Shown here piece by piece: positions 12,434 through 24,748 of a stretch of DNA of 63,105 nucleotides. Under the pieces are notes generated by a model that was not told where the DNA came from, did not search any database, and was given only the letters and a program-made list of their open reading frames with translations. This stretch comes from Patellaria atrata CBS 101060 (taxonomy: Eukaryota), in assembly GCA_010093705.1 (NCBI GenBank), contig MU006102.1, positions 500,123 through 563,227 on the forward strand. Reading direction: 5' to 3'. Made by a program: the position numbers and the translations under genes. Numbering within the stretch: position 1 is the stretch's first letter; each line of letters opens with the position of its first letter.

Positions 12434-14847
12434 TTCCCCCTTTTTGTCTTGGCGCTGAGGAGGTGTTTTGGCTGCTGATTCAGGCGTACGGGATTTGTTT
12501 GGACACGAAGCACTGGTATATCCGAGACTTGGGTTGGGCTTTTGTTTACATCCCCACTTTCATCTGGTAGCATGGAGTGGTACGTGTGCTTCATTTCCAT
12601 ATGGTATGGACAGGGAAATACGTAGGCGTAGACGCATGGAAAGGTGCAGATTTCATATATGGGTTCTTCGTAATGTGCCTCTGTGAATCAAATTCAATTT
12701 CAACTAAGTTAGAATCCAGGTGCGGTTACCTTCCCTTTATCCCACACATCTCTCCACCCTGAACGATGAGAGAAATGAAGGGATGAGAGAGATGATGAAA
12801 GTGATCATTATGAAGCTGATGATGGAGACAAAAGGGGAGAAGGAATGGAAGAGAGCAATCAAATCATTAACAAGTCGGTTACATTATCCCCAGAAACGTT
12901 TGTTTTATCCCTATCACGCGGTAAGCACATCAATCTGCTCGAAATATTCGAAATTCATTGCTTCTGGATGAAACTGAGAATTTATTTCTCAATAGTGGAG
13001 GTGCACGTGGGGCTGTATAGCGTGTATCTAACCAGATTTCATGTTTCTAAAGCTTGGTGTCAACTTTGTAGGGAAAGGATTTAGAATCAAGCAGGGCTGC
13101 CTCTTCTTGAGATTCTTCCTTTCAATGCTTCGTAGCTTGAGTTGAATTTACGGGACTTCAGATCATCCCGATAGGATTCAATAAAAGAAAAAACGTGCCT
13201 ATGGTTGCCAAGTTATTTAGTGATCATATTACTTGGCTAGCCTAGTCTGAACAGTTAGTTATGTAGCCAGAACATGTTCGAAGTGGTGGCTGAGATTGAT
13301 GAGGTTAAGGCTGAATATCACACAGACAACTGGAACCAACTCCGCCATGACGGTGAATTCTTTGTAGAGAATTGTAAATCTTCTGGTCTAAATATGTGAA
13401 ATTAAGGAGTTTGATATATCACTACCGCTGTACTCTTAGACGCACCACCAAGTACACCTAGGATATCAATTTTAAGGAATCTTCAAGAATGAAGCCGCTG
13501 TTGGCTCCCATTGCCCTGGCTTTTGGACTCAGATATGTATCCTTATCGTTGCTCTAGCCGGTAAGAGCGGAGACTGCAGAGTTACTGGTCGGCTTGATAT
13601 TTTGAGTTTTCGCAATCGTAAGTAACCATCTGCATGTACTCGAATATTGAAAACAAATTAGGATAAAGGCCAACACGTCGAAAGTCAGAGTCCAAATCAG
13701 TGGAGATAGTTTCAAAGGTCTCCCTAATATGTATGACTACTCCAAGCTCAAAGATGTCTTTTTCGCTATATCTTTATAATTACTGCAGTGGAAAGACTCG
13801 TGATGGAGTGTTGCATGACGACTTTTACTCCAAGCCTGGCCATCCCTTGTTTGACTTTCTATCCTTCCGGAAGAGTTGGGTTGTGAGCGTCAACAAAGGG
13901 AACGTACATTTCTCTTGATTTGATAATGGGCCGAAGATGATGTACGTTTCATATTTTATCGCTATCAGCGTGAAACTTGTAGAGTTTTCTACAACCGTCT
14001 TCCTAAAATTTTGCAGTATGCCGAAATTAGTAGTGGTTTCAGGCTCTTTGGTAAGTAATAAGACATTTAACATGGTCGAAGCATTAAAACATAGAGAAAC
14101 AGAAAGGAGAATTGCACTAACGTGTTCATTCAGCTCTCAGCTGTCAGTATCATAGGGACATCCATTGTAGCTCAAGTCACGTATGGTACTCTAACACGAC
14201 CAGCAGATGACGAGGATATTTTCATTACAGCAAAGAGTGGTAAATTTACTTACCCTCTACTGGTCTGCTTCTCTCTCCTCAGTCCTTGCCACGATTATTC
14301 TACTTCTAGATACGTCGTCAATCGATGACCGAGAGCAAAAGTGCCAAATCCCACTATCGCAGAGAAGACTTCCTATATGTATCAAAGCTTGGAAAGAAGC
14401 GACGCCGAGGAGATTCAGAACCGGGACGGCAATCCATTTGATCTAGAAACACCATGGCGTTGCCCAAGACGAGCGACCATCAGCCTATGAACCATATATA
14501 TAACAACCTGCCACGGACGGTTTGGAGGATTTACAGCCCTACCGGCGATAAAGCGGATCGGATAGCCTTGGACCGTTGTCAGCGACACACTCAAGGGAAA
14601 CTTCTCCTCGCCGAGCTTCGTGGCCAATTGAGACATAAAGGTGTCCATTAAGGAAGAAATGTGATACTATCAAGCTGGCTTTTGTATACGGTAATTCAAA
14701 CGTCACTTTTTAGGAGATAGACTTGTAGCCAGTGTAATAAGTGCTTCCGTAGGCTTAAACATTTGGAGCCGAATAGTGCACTCCTTGGAGATATCCATCA
14801 TTAGGGCACCTCCAAGCGGTAGCTATATTTGTAGTACAATCATAATA

Positions 14848-15786
14848 TCACAAACGTCCTTCGTTCCGCAACGCATTATACAATGCTAACGCTGAGAGCG
14901 CTTTTGCATCTCGACCACCCTCCTTCCAAAGATTTTTTAGGGGTACAAGCTTCAAGGTGATTTTTTCCTTTTCGTCCCTCAATCCGGTCAGCTTGCCTTG
15001 GAATTCCTGCATCTGATCTCTTGGAAGCCTCTTTTCATGTAGGAATAAAGGAATATATTCGTCTGAGCCGCCGCAGCTCGGAAAGACAGCTTCCTGCAAA
15101 TGTTCCCCCGCTGGTTGAATCCCTGAGAGTGACAATTTGGTCAGATCAATTAGTTCGTGTTCTTCGACTTTTAGCCCAGTTTCCTCTTCAATCTCCTTCG
15201 CGGCACCTCCGGCAAAAGTACCAGAGTCATCCAGCATGCCAGCTGGGAGCTCTGCCATAGAAAGTGATCCGGCTGCAATTCGGGGTTGAAGAGTCAGTAT
15301 CACGTACTTCTCATCGTCTGATTCCGCCGGGACATCGTCCGGTTGTAAGATTAGCAGCATCCCGACACTGCCGCCTCGGAGAAAGACAGCTCCTGGAAGC
15401 TGTTCGCCATCATCATTAGATACCTTTGCTCTCAACTTGATGAAGCCAATTCTTTGATCACCGAAGAAGTCGACCGCTTGTATATCAATCTGACGCAACT
15501 TGTAAGGAGCGACATGGAATGGATGATCCTGGGATTCCTGGGACTTTAGAGATTGCGATAGGGTCTTTATCCACTCCTTGAACGGGTGAAATGCGAGAAG
15601 CTGATCCTTGGAAAGATCAGGTGTCAGATTTACTGGACAAGGGGGTGATGTGTTCGGTAATTGAAAAGTAGACATTGCTCTGTAGTGGGCGGATAATGGT
15701 GTAGTATTTCGGTATAGAACTAGTTGTGAAGCTACAGCGTCTGCTCTTCGAATTATAGCAGCGCCTCCGCGAAACATATAATGCAA
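14848..15786 (-). CDS. Nudix hydrolase (ADP-sugar/ADP-ribose pyrophosphatase-like)
   Basis: Nudix box ELPAGMLDDSGTFAGGAAKEIEEETGL, plus PGAVFLRGGSV, PSCGGSDE and DAKALSALALY; intronless ORF. Confidence 0.9.
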   Translation of the reverse strand: MHYMFRGGAAIIRRADAVASQLVLYRNTTPLSAHYRAMSTFQLPNTSPPCPVNLTPDLSKDQLLAFHPFKEWIKTLSQSLKSQESQDHPFHVAPYKLRQIDIQAVDFFGDQRIGFIKLRAKVSNDDGEQLPGAVFLRGGSVGMLLILQPDDVPAESDDEKYVILTLQPRIAAGSLSMAELPAGMLDDSGTFAGGAAKEIEEETGLKVEEHELIDLTKLSLSGIQPAGEHLQEAVFPSCGGSDEYIPLFLHEKRLPRDQMQEFQGKLTGLRDEKEKITLKLVPLKNLWKEGGRDAKALSALALYNALRNEGRL

Positions 15787-16306
15787 AAGCGACTATATCT
15801 TCTTTCCTCGGATATCTCAGATCTCTACTCGGATCCGAGTTTGCGTCATAGACGATAGCTTTACAGAAAGTGGAGTAATCTTACCAGACCGTTTCTTCCC
15901 TACACAAGTTGGAGCCGTTGGATGGAGGTTGTAGGGAGAAAATAGAACTAATGGATGTCTGTGGCCAGTGTCTATCCGCGGAAAGAAGTTTGATATGTGA
16001 AAAATCTTGAGAGATCAGGATCCAAGAAACAACCAAAGGGAGGTTGGAGAAGAGCTTGCTGCAAGTCATACTGCACCCCTTGCACGGTAAGCTAGCAACT
16101 ATTCGGGTGTGGGACCCCACCAGACCCTTACCTTTAAGAACACCTCTCCCCGCCTTTATTGCTTCAACACCAGACATCAGACAGTTCAACCTTCTTCATT
16201 CTCTAATCCAGCGCGACAATTGCAGAAGGCCTTTGGCCAATTGGCCTTATCCAGCTAGGAAACTCTTCAGTGATTCAGGCACACCAAACTTGTCAGATCC
16301 AGCAGT

Positions 16307-18052
16307 ATGGGTACCCTAACTGCCAACCTACCGCGTCTGGAGGATCATTGCCCGCACAAGCTTCCCACATCTTGTCGCTTGACAGCTACTCCACGATGCT
16401 GTGCTTGTGATGATAAACGACCACATTCATCTTCATACCGCATCTATATCGACGGTGTTGGTTTCGTCCCTCGTGGAACCAGGTGGCAAAACTATTGTTG
16501 GTTCTGCAGTGGTACGTCCTTCTGCTCTCATTCTATATCTGCACCCATATTAACATAGCTTTCAAGAGTTCTGGAGCAACCGTTTAGCTGCATGCAATCC
16601 TCCCTTACTAGCATCGGACACAAGGATACCTGAGGTACCAGACCAGACCGCGTTTCTGGAAAGGTGGTTCGAGTTTCACCAAGGATTCCACATCGTCACC
16701 CGACAAGATGGAACGGAGGAGAGGATTGCAGTACTGGGGGAATCTTTCAAAGACGTATCACCCGGATATCTCCCTAGAACTCTAGAAGAACTTAGGGGGG
16801 GGGCTATTGTTTCAGCTTCGCATCGTGATGGGAACGCTGGAGCCACGCGTGCCGTAAGCGAGGAAAACGCTGTCGAAACTTCTACCACGCTGGACGAAAC
16901 TTTGGATAGTCTTCTAGCCGAAGCAAATTCTGAGGTTGAGAATAGATCCGGTATCAATCGTTCGGCTGGAGAACAAACCACTCAAACTCAATCCGTGCCT
17001 GAAAATGCTCCCGGGAGAGATATCATGAGTAATGATATATCCCAACTGCTTATCGAGATCCAAATACTTAGTGATAGGATTCAGAGATTAGCAAACGATG
17101 TTAACACTGGAGGTCAGGAAATCTATAGAGAGATGCTCGAAGGTTTAGCAGGCATAATTGAACGATTCTCTCCTTCCCAACAAACACCATCCCTCTCTGA
17201 ACAGACGAGCGACAGATTGCAAGAGACGGGCCGTCGAGTGATCCCATCTCCGCCGCAAACCCTGATTGGAAGGCGTTGGGTCAATCGAATGCGTATACAG
17301 TATCCAATTGATGCTCATAGACCTCTCCAGGAAGTAGAAAGACAGACAAGGAGTACGCAGAATGCAGCTCTCGTGTATGGGACCCGGGAGGAAGTAGAAA
17401 GACAGGGGGAAAGTTACGAAAGTCCAATCACCGGTTTGTTCAATAGGGCCTGGGGTAGGTATCGTGAAGCTGAAGAGCAACGGGCACAGCCCGGTGGTTC
17501 AACAACGCATACTCCCAGACGCGTTTCAGCGTCACTCCAACGGACATACGGGTTTATCCCTGGACAATTTGGAGGGCCACGTATACCTGTATCCCGCGAT
17601 AGTAACTTCGCAGAATATTTAGGGTTCATCGGGCAGAATCCTCGAAGCACGGTAGCTCAACCCACGAATGAAGATCTTGTCTCTACCTACGAGCCCAGGA
17701 TTCCCGTTGTTCGATCCGTAGCCCCCACTGAACCTCGACCCAGTGGTCTTGATGACGATAACAATCGCCCAGAAGGCAAGACCGAGGAGGAGATGACGTT
17801 GAAGCTAGAGTGCAAGGTCTGTTACACCCAGATTGCTAACATTGCTGTACTTCCGTGCGGACACATGGCTATGTGTCAATGGTGTGCTGACATCCATATT
17901 CCGGTCCGAGAGCACGATAAGACTGTTCCGCGCAATAAACAAGCCAAGTGCCCTATTTGCCGCGCGAAGGTGTCTAAGCGGGTATGTCAGCAATTGAACT
18001 AATTCGTAAATCTATACTGATACTGACCATTTAGGTTAAAATCCACGTCTGA
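16307..18052 (+). CDS. C3HC4-type RING finger protein (3 exons)
   Basis: Exon 1 is Cys-rich (CCACDD...YCWFC); introns 16512-16566 and 17982-18034; C-terminal CKVC...LPCGH..MCQWC...CPICR; ends VKIHV*. Confidence 0.88.
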
Positions 18053-18305
18053 TCCATATTAGCACTCACTTCATGGGTACGTACGGCAGCATGGATTAAA
18101 TGAACTATATTATACCACCTAGAATAAAGGGACAAGATAGAAGGGTTTGCATGGAAATGAAATATGAGTAATGAACATCACCAATGTGTACAATACCCGT
18201 TCTGTCGTATCCAACCTTGCTGCTTTTTAGTGAGCCTGACTAACGCGATCCGTATCATTGAGAACGACACAGATAACCGGAAGGTGGGTTCTATATTGAG
18301 ATCTA

Positions 18306-19942
18306 CTAGGGTAAGGGCACGTCTGTCCAATCCTATATCCGTATATTAATCTTCCCATTCCGTTCAAATGTCATAGGAACCGGTACTCACCCACGTTAGA
18401 TTATTTGCAGTACTAGCATCTTCGTTCCACTCCTACTTATGTGTTAACACCGTATACAAAATGGAAGATTGTATAGGTACTTACTGGATTTAGGAATGGC
18501 GGCAAAGGAGGACTCGGCGGCAGATCTTCTAGCATAGAAAAGTTGTACTCCCTTCTGCAGAGCGGGCAATACTCTCTGCTCTCGAGCTCCACCTTCATAC
18601 ATTCGAAGTCGTAGGCATGTTGGCAGTCCGGCATCACGACCTCCATCCCTTCTTCCCAAGGGGTCCAGCACCGTAAACATTTATTCTCCCTCATTTGTGG
18701 AATATCCTTTTCTTTAAGCTTCACGCTGTACGCGCGTACAATATCAGATGTTGTCAACTCTAAGGGCTCTGATCTCTTCTCTGGCCGTTGGACATAAGGA
18801 CCAAGTTTATCGTCTACCAAATTACATATCTCCTCGATTATCGGTACCGTATCCACGAATTTCCAATCGTCTGAGGCCTCTGGCCTAATCTCGGTTGCTT
18901 CTTCGTCAACGATATCATGGCCACCTTCTTCCCCGTGAGTGGGAAGCGCTTCAGCTTTTACGCTTTCCGAACTTTCAATGAAGAGGCCCTCAAATTGCCC
19001 AAGGATCTCGTCTTCGGATAGAGCTACCTCGTGCTCGGATACTTGCTGCGGATCGACCGTCCATAGAGCTGGTAGTCCGTTTTCCTTTTCCTCAGCCTCT
19101 AGAAGGATGGAAAGGATTGACTTCGTCTGCTGGTAAGGATTCACGATCTGCCTCCGCCGTACTGAGTCCGTTACTCCCGTTGTCGGATCCACCACCTCCA
19201 GTCTAGAAGCACGTTCACCTCCAGTCTCATTGGGTTCGTTGGTGGCTGTCATAGCCATCAGTTCTTACTCACGTAAAGATGTTAGGCAGTAGGTGGACGT
19301 ACCGTGAGCTCTAATAGCCCGATCCCACCAAATGTCTTTCATCACGTCCATACAGTATGCGGAGGTGCGCTTATTAGATTTAGAGGAGCCCGTCGGATCT
19401 GGTACTAAACCGTCGTCTTTCAGAACCCGACGCATGAGCCATACCATTTGGTCCCGTATCAGGGAAATATCTTGTTGTGACAGGCCGACCTTATGGGCAT
19501 CTTGATCTTTACCATTACAATGTGGTCGAGCCGCCCATGCTGATACTCGTATCTTCTTTTCACTGAGAAGTTTCGCTCCAAAGACGAAATCATCAACCCA
19601 GTTAATTATGGGGGCCGGCCCCTCCCTTGGGATGAATGGACGGGGCTCGTAACCCTTCTCTTTGAGGTACGCGTTCATAATGGAGAAACGCCATTCCAAA
19701 ATCTCGATATTACGCCCACCGCGGAACCATTGCTGAAGTTGTTCCCAGTCGGACCTTGCTATATCCTCGCCGAAACAATAAGGACAGAGAATGCCCTCCA
19801 TTGTGATTGGATGTAAAATTTCTCTGTGTGCCGAGAAGAAGAACGACTCCCCAAAGCGCGTGTAATGTGTGTCACAGTGAGGGCAAAGCAGGCCATCGAG
19901 GCAGAAATGACAATCTAGCGGCTCTAGTGTTGACGCGGCCAT
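18306..19942 (-). CDS. RING finger protein with N-terminal CxxC clusters (4 exons)
   Basis: ORFs 19265..20086 and 18437..19258 join in frame through intron 19302..19246 (GTACGT...ACAG). RING-like CLRC...PDCQHAYDFEC...CPLCR. Two further short 3' introns lead to a stop at 18306-18308. Confidence 0.75.
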
Positions 19943-22489
19943 CGTAATGATATTGACATGTGTGTCAAGATAATCGTACTGGTTTGCTGCTGACGGAACA
20001 AAACAAAAGAAGGAAGCTCTAGTCAGAAAAGATATTTGTAAATGTGGGGTGGGGAGAGGTGGTAGGTGTAGGCGTTGCTCTCCCAACCCAGATGTCGGTC
20101 AAAAACACGATCACGATCCGTTATGTCGGTTTGCCAAGAGGAAAGAGCTACGTCCCAGGGTCCAGCCAGTAGGGGCGGGTTGTGAAAGGCAGGAGTCAGG
20201 TACTTTAGAACTACTGCGGCTGCAAGAGGACCTCTAGGAATAGTAGGGGCAGCTGCAGCGCTATACACAATACAACAGTCGAGTCCATGGAGAACCTCTG
20301 TGCGCGCGGATATTGTACGATTCCCCGTAATGGAGAGGATAATGCTTTCTCAAGTAAGGCCTCTTCTTGAGCTGTCTACGTACCTACCAACTCAGAGAAC
20401 CAAGTCATCATACATACAGCATACAAGCTGAATCTGCGGACGTTTCCTGCCTTCTAATGCACTCACAATGTTCAAAGCTCTTTGCATTGTAAAGAACCGC
20501 GCTCCACCTTTCGGAGGCGCTCCTATGCACGAATGTCTCTTCTGTTCCTGGAGACTGGCCAGTTCTGCTCCATCACGACCATACACGCAATCACCGCATC
20601 ATATCCTCATCCTAAGTCTATCACACTCCAGGCTTCTTCATACAAGGCCAACACTTCCTTCTGTCATGCTATTAACCTCATTTAGCCCTGAGGTCAACCT
20701 AGATAGAAGAGATATCCTGATTATAACCGTCATAGCAGCACAGACATTTGGATAATCTAGGTTGTTTCTCGCTCCAAAGCGCTGACGATAGCACAGCATA
20801 TGGTGAGTGATAGATAGACCAAGGATGCACACAACAAAGGCCTATGGGATTCCTTGTTCGCTGACTCATATACTAGAATGTGACTGTAGTAGAACAATGC
20901 ATACGAATAGACAATGAGATCCTTGAATGTTGAAGAGATGGTTGGACTCTAACGAAATTAGGGGGAGATCCGCTGGAGTAGCTACCCACTCCGAAGTCTC
21001 AGAGCCTCGAGTAAATCGTAGATACTGGTCAACCTGCTTTGGAAACTAGCTGGGATGTAGCTTCTATCACCAACGTAGGAATCATTTCTAGCAGATTTGT
21101 ATCCTGTAGGGCCGTGGGAAAAGACTACTCCTCCCCCCTATTACCCGATATCTTAGCGACGAAAATACGCCGTGGGATGTCAAGTAAGAAATAAGATTAC
21201 ACCGATTTATTGATCAACCTGCCGTCCCCAGTGGCCTACGGAATAGGGATTCGTCCAGTTGTTAGATCGGCCTGGAATCACTAGGGTAGTATACATGAAT
21301 GCAACCCGAGAAACGAGTATCAAGCATGGGAAATTGAGAAGCAGGATGCTCGAGGTACTTCTCAGTCACTTCTAAGTTTGTGGGATTCGAAACTCCAAGG
21401 GAACATCCATCTTCTGACTTGGAAGCGTTATAGAGGGATAGAGTAAATTTTGAGAGAGACGGGTGTGTAGGACATCATACTCATAGATATCTGATCTTGA
21501 TCCAGCAGTCCTAAAAATTTCTCAATTTCAAATAACACTTCCATATCCCCTCGCATCCTCTCCGCACTTTACGTTCTGCATACCTTTTCAATCAACTTAA
21601 GTACACAAACTCTCCAACATCTCTCTCACAGTCAAACCATAACTCTTCTATCGCCCTAAACCACGCCATTAGCATCATTCCACGCAGCTCCACCCTTCCG
21701 CCTTCCCCACCCGGCTACCACCAACCCCTTCAAATCTCAGGCATCCAAAACCTCTAATACACTTTCTACCCACCCATCGCATTCCCTACAATCATATACC
21801 ACGCTAGCCCTAATCCCAACCTCTCTACCATAAATTTAGCACCCCAATACCGAAAATACCAAATTCGATAGTATCATAGCAATCCCGCAGTTAGAAAATT
21901 AACTCCTGTGATTTTGACCCTGGAATACCTGATATGAGAGAGTGCTGGTAAAGAATGGTAGGGCTCCTGTTACCGTCTCTTGGTGCTCATGTGGCTCTTG
22001 ATATACCTCGCACAAGACTCGAAATGTATGTAGTGCTGAATACCGATTGGGAAATTGGATTTCATCTTGAGCATCTATGGGCTATTGATGCCAGACTCGA
22101 CCGATCTGATACCGAGGTTGACTGTTACAGTTGGTTGCCCAGGCAACAGATAGGATGGGTGGAGGGAAGCAAGTAGGAACGTTTAGGGGGGAATGAACTG
22201 GGGTGTTTGAAGATTTGGACAGAGGTGTGGGTTGGTACTATCGTATATATACGCGAAGGTTATGTGAGACCGAGCAATATGATGGGCTATTCAGTAGATG
22301 TAGATATCTACTGATCATACCAGTAATGCCATTACCAGTCCTGCTTCGATATAGATCAAGTTCGCCTTCCCATCTCAGCTTGATAATCCAAAAATAAAAA
22401 ATAAAAAGAATTAAGAACTAAATAATAATGGGCAGATAGCGTAGTTAGGAAAAATTTAAAAAAAAAAAAGGGAAAATTGACACAGCAAT

Positions 22490-22585
22490 AAAAAGAGTCG
22501 AACCCAGGTGACGTTTAAGTCAACTGTGACGGCACTGCAGGTAGACGAAGTACTTGCCTACTCAGTCACATGCCCGAGTTCGATG
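22490..22585 (-). ncRNA. Candidate Pol III structured small RNA, copy 1
   Basis: Minus strand reads CATCGAACTCGGGCATGTGACTGAGTAGGCAAGTACTTCGTCTACCTGCAGTGCCGTCACAGTTGACTTAAACGTCACCTGGGTTCGACTCTTTTT. It is 58/62 identical to copy 2 over the 5' part, with a B box (GGTTCGACTC) and a T5 terminator-like run. Confidence 0.7.
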
Positions 22586-23100
22586 GAAGAAGAAGTGGTT
22601 GAGAGTGCTTGTGAATTGCAAGCTGGGAGGGCAGTCACTCGTGGTTTTGCTTCCTTCCCTTTTTAGTCCCCCCCTATTTTTTGCTAACTTTTCACACTTT
22701 TGGCACCGCGAATTCTTACTACTGTATCTCGCCTTTTTCTTCTTTTCATGTTTGAACAATAGAATAAGCGAGGCCGCGATCAAAACGCCCGGAAGACCTC
22801 CTTTTCATTTGATTTTGGGGGGGGGGGGATTCCTTTTCCGGTTATGGTATTTGAGGATTTGAGGGAGAAGAGGACGCAACGCTATTTGCGTCGGAGGATT
22901 ATCTGGATAGGTTATTTACCGGGTTACCTTAGATATAATGGTATCTTTGTTTCATCTGGTATATGTGAGATATTATCTACACAAAACTATGAAAGAGGTA
23001 CATTGAGGTGACAGGAAACTCAGTGAAACGGTTATTTCAGAAAGGAGATATGTACATATGATATCTTCACCACTTTCCAGCCGATCCCCTCGCTTTCCCA

Positions 23101-24053
23101 TTATATCGCCCCTAATTCTTTCAGCTTCCTGATCATACCATCCACATCCTCCACCTTCCCACCCCCCTGCCGTGGCGGCGGCTCCCTCACCTCCACAGTC
23201 TTCAACCTCCTCTTTACATCCCCCTCGCCGATATAATCCCCGACATTCTTCTTCTCGAGCGGTTTCTTCTTCGCCTTCATGATATTCGGCAGACTCGCAT
23301 ACCTCGGCTCATTCAATCTCAAATCCGTCGTAACAACCGCTGGTAACTTCAACTTCAACGTCTCAACACCGCCATCGACCTCACGAGTCACCATAATCTC
23401 GTCCGCAGAGCCAACCTTAACAGTCGCCGCTTGCGTCGCCTGCGTCCACCCTAACAGACCCGCAAGCATGGGCCCCGTCTGCGCAGCATCATCATCAATA
23501 CTCTGTTTTCCCAAAAATACGAGATTCACCTTCTCGGCCTCGACGACCTTCGCGAGAATCTTCGCCACCGTCAGCGGTTCTAAGCTTTCCATGCCTTCGC
23601 CATCGTGTTGGATGTGGACGCCTTTGTCCGCGCCCATAGCCAATGCGGTCCGTAGGACGTCTTGGGACTTGGCGGGGCCGACGGAGACGCTGGTGATGGT
23701 TTCGACGGGAATCGGGGATTGTTTCTTCGCATGACGTTCACGGAGGCGTACTGCCTCTTCGACGGAGAGCTCGTCGAAAGGGTTCATACTGTGTTTTACG
23801 CCCGTGGTCTCGATGCCGGTGTTGGATTTAGAGACGCGGGGTTTGACCTGGAGAAAGGGGTTAGCTTTGAGTCGTCTAGAGAGTGTATAAGGACCAAACT
23901 AAGATCATTGAAAAGAGGAATGATTTTTCAGTTTCATTCTTAGACTTTGCAATACTGTAATCCATTCCTGGCTGGGATTGCGGGATTGCGGAGGGAGCTT
24001 ACAGCATAGTCTATGACTCGTTTCACGGGTACGAGGATACGGAGCGCTGACAT
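23101..24053 (-). CDS. CIR1: Electron transfer flavoprotein beta subunit (2 exons)
   Basis: Exon 1 MSALRILVPVKRVIDYA; intron 24002..23848; motifs SMNPFDE, LGKQSIDDD and DLRLNEPRYASLPNIMKAKKKP. Confidence 0.96.
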
Positions 24054-24748
24054 TGTGATCGGATTTCAATTATTATTCAGCTTTTAAGGGATTCGTTCTC
24101 TCTAGAGGAAACAATGGCAGCGTACAGTTGAGAAATCGGAGGTGATGCTCTGTCATCGGCTAGAGCAGAGGTTGAAGAAAAGCTCGGGATTCGGTTGATA
24201 AGATCCCCACTCTAGTAAGGTCCGGTAACTTGGAGACGGAAGAGCCGCAATTTCGATAAGGAGACGATTAAAAGCAACAAGGATGGGTTTAATATCAATT
24301 TTAAGTCTCAAGTTCGAATTCAAATACTGCCATCACGTTGTGTATCATTACAATTCTAACATCCATTTTAGACGCCCCGCCCGTCTAAGCAATAAAAGTA
24401 CATATATCCATTCATTGTTCAGAAAAGGGGATCGAGTCATAAAAGCCTCAGTATAGGCGGGAATCAAAATAAAAGATTGGAAGCCATAGGTAGTAAAACA
24501 AAATCAGCTCCGTCCTGCGGCGCATAGACGAAAAAAGGAGATCTTAATCGCCCATGCTTTGCAAGAAATCAGAGCCATTCCACCCGCCCATTTTTTTTTG
24601 TTTTCGCTACAACTCCATGAAAAAGAAGAGAACGTGATGTGTTAAGGGCATTATTGAATGCTTCTGGATTGGTTACTGCAAGCTGCTAACTTGATACGAT
24701 TGCCACCTCCTTCCATCAACTGAACATCAATGAAGTAGGACGTGTGGC

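Noticed and set aside
13488..14651. Possible multi-exon membrane protein gene between the 10952 ORF and the Nudix gene
   Set aside because: Hydrophobic short frames and some splice-like signals are present, but no consistent spliced ORF or recognisable motif could be assembled.
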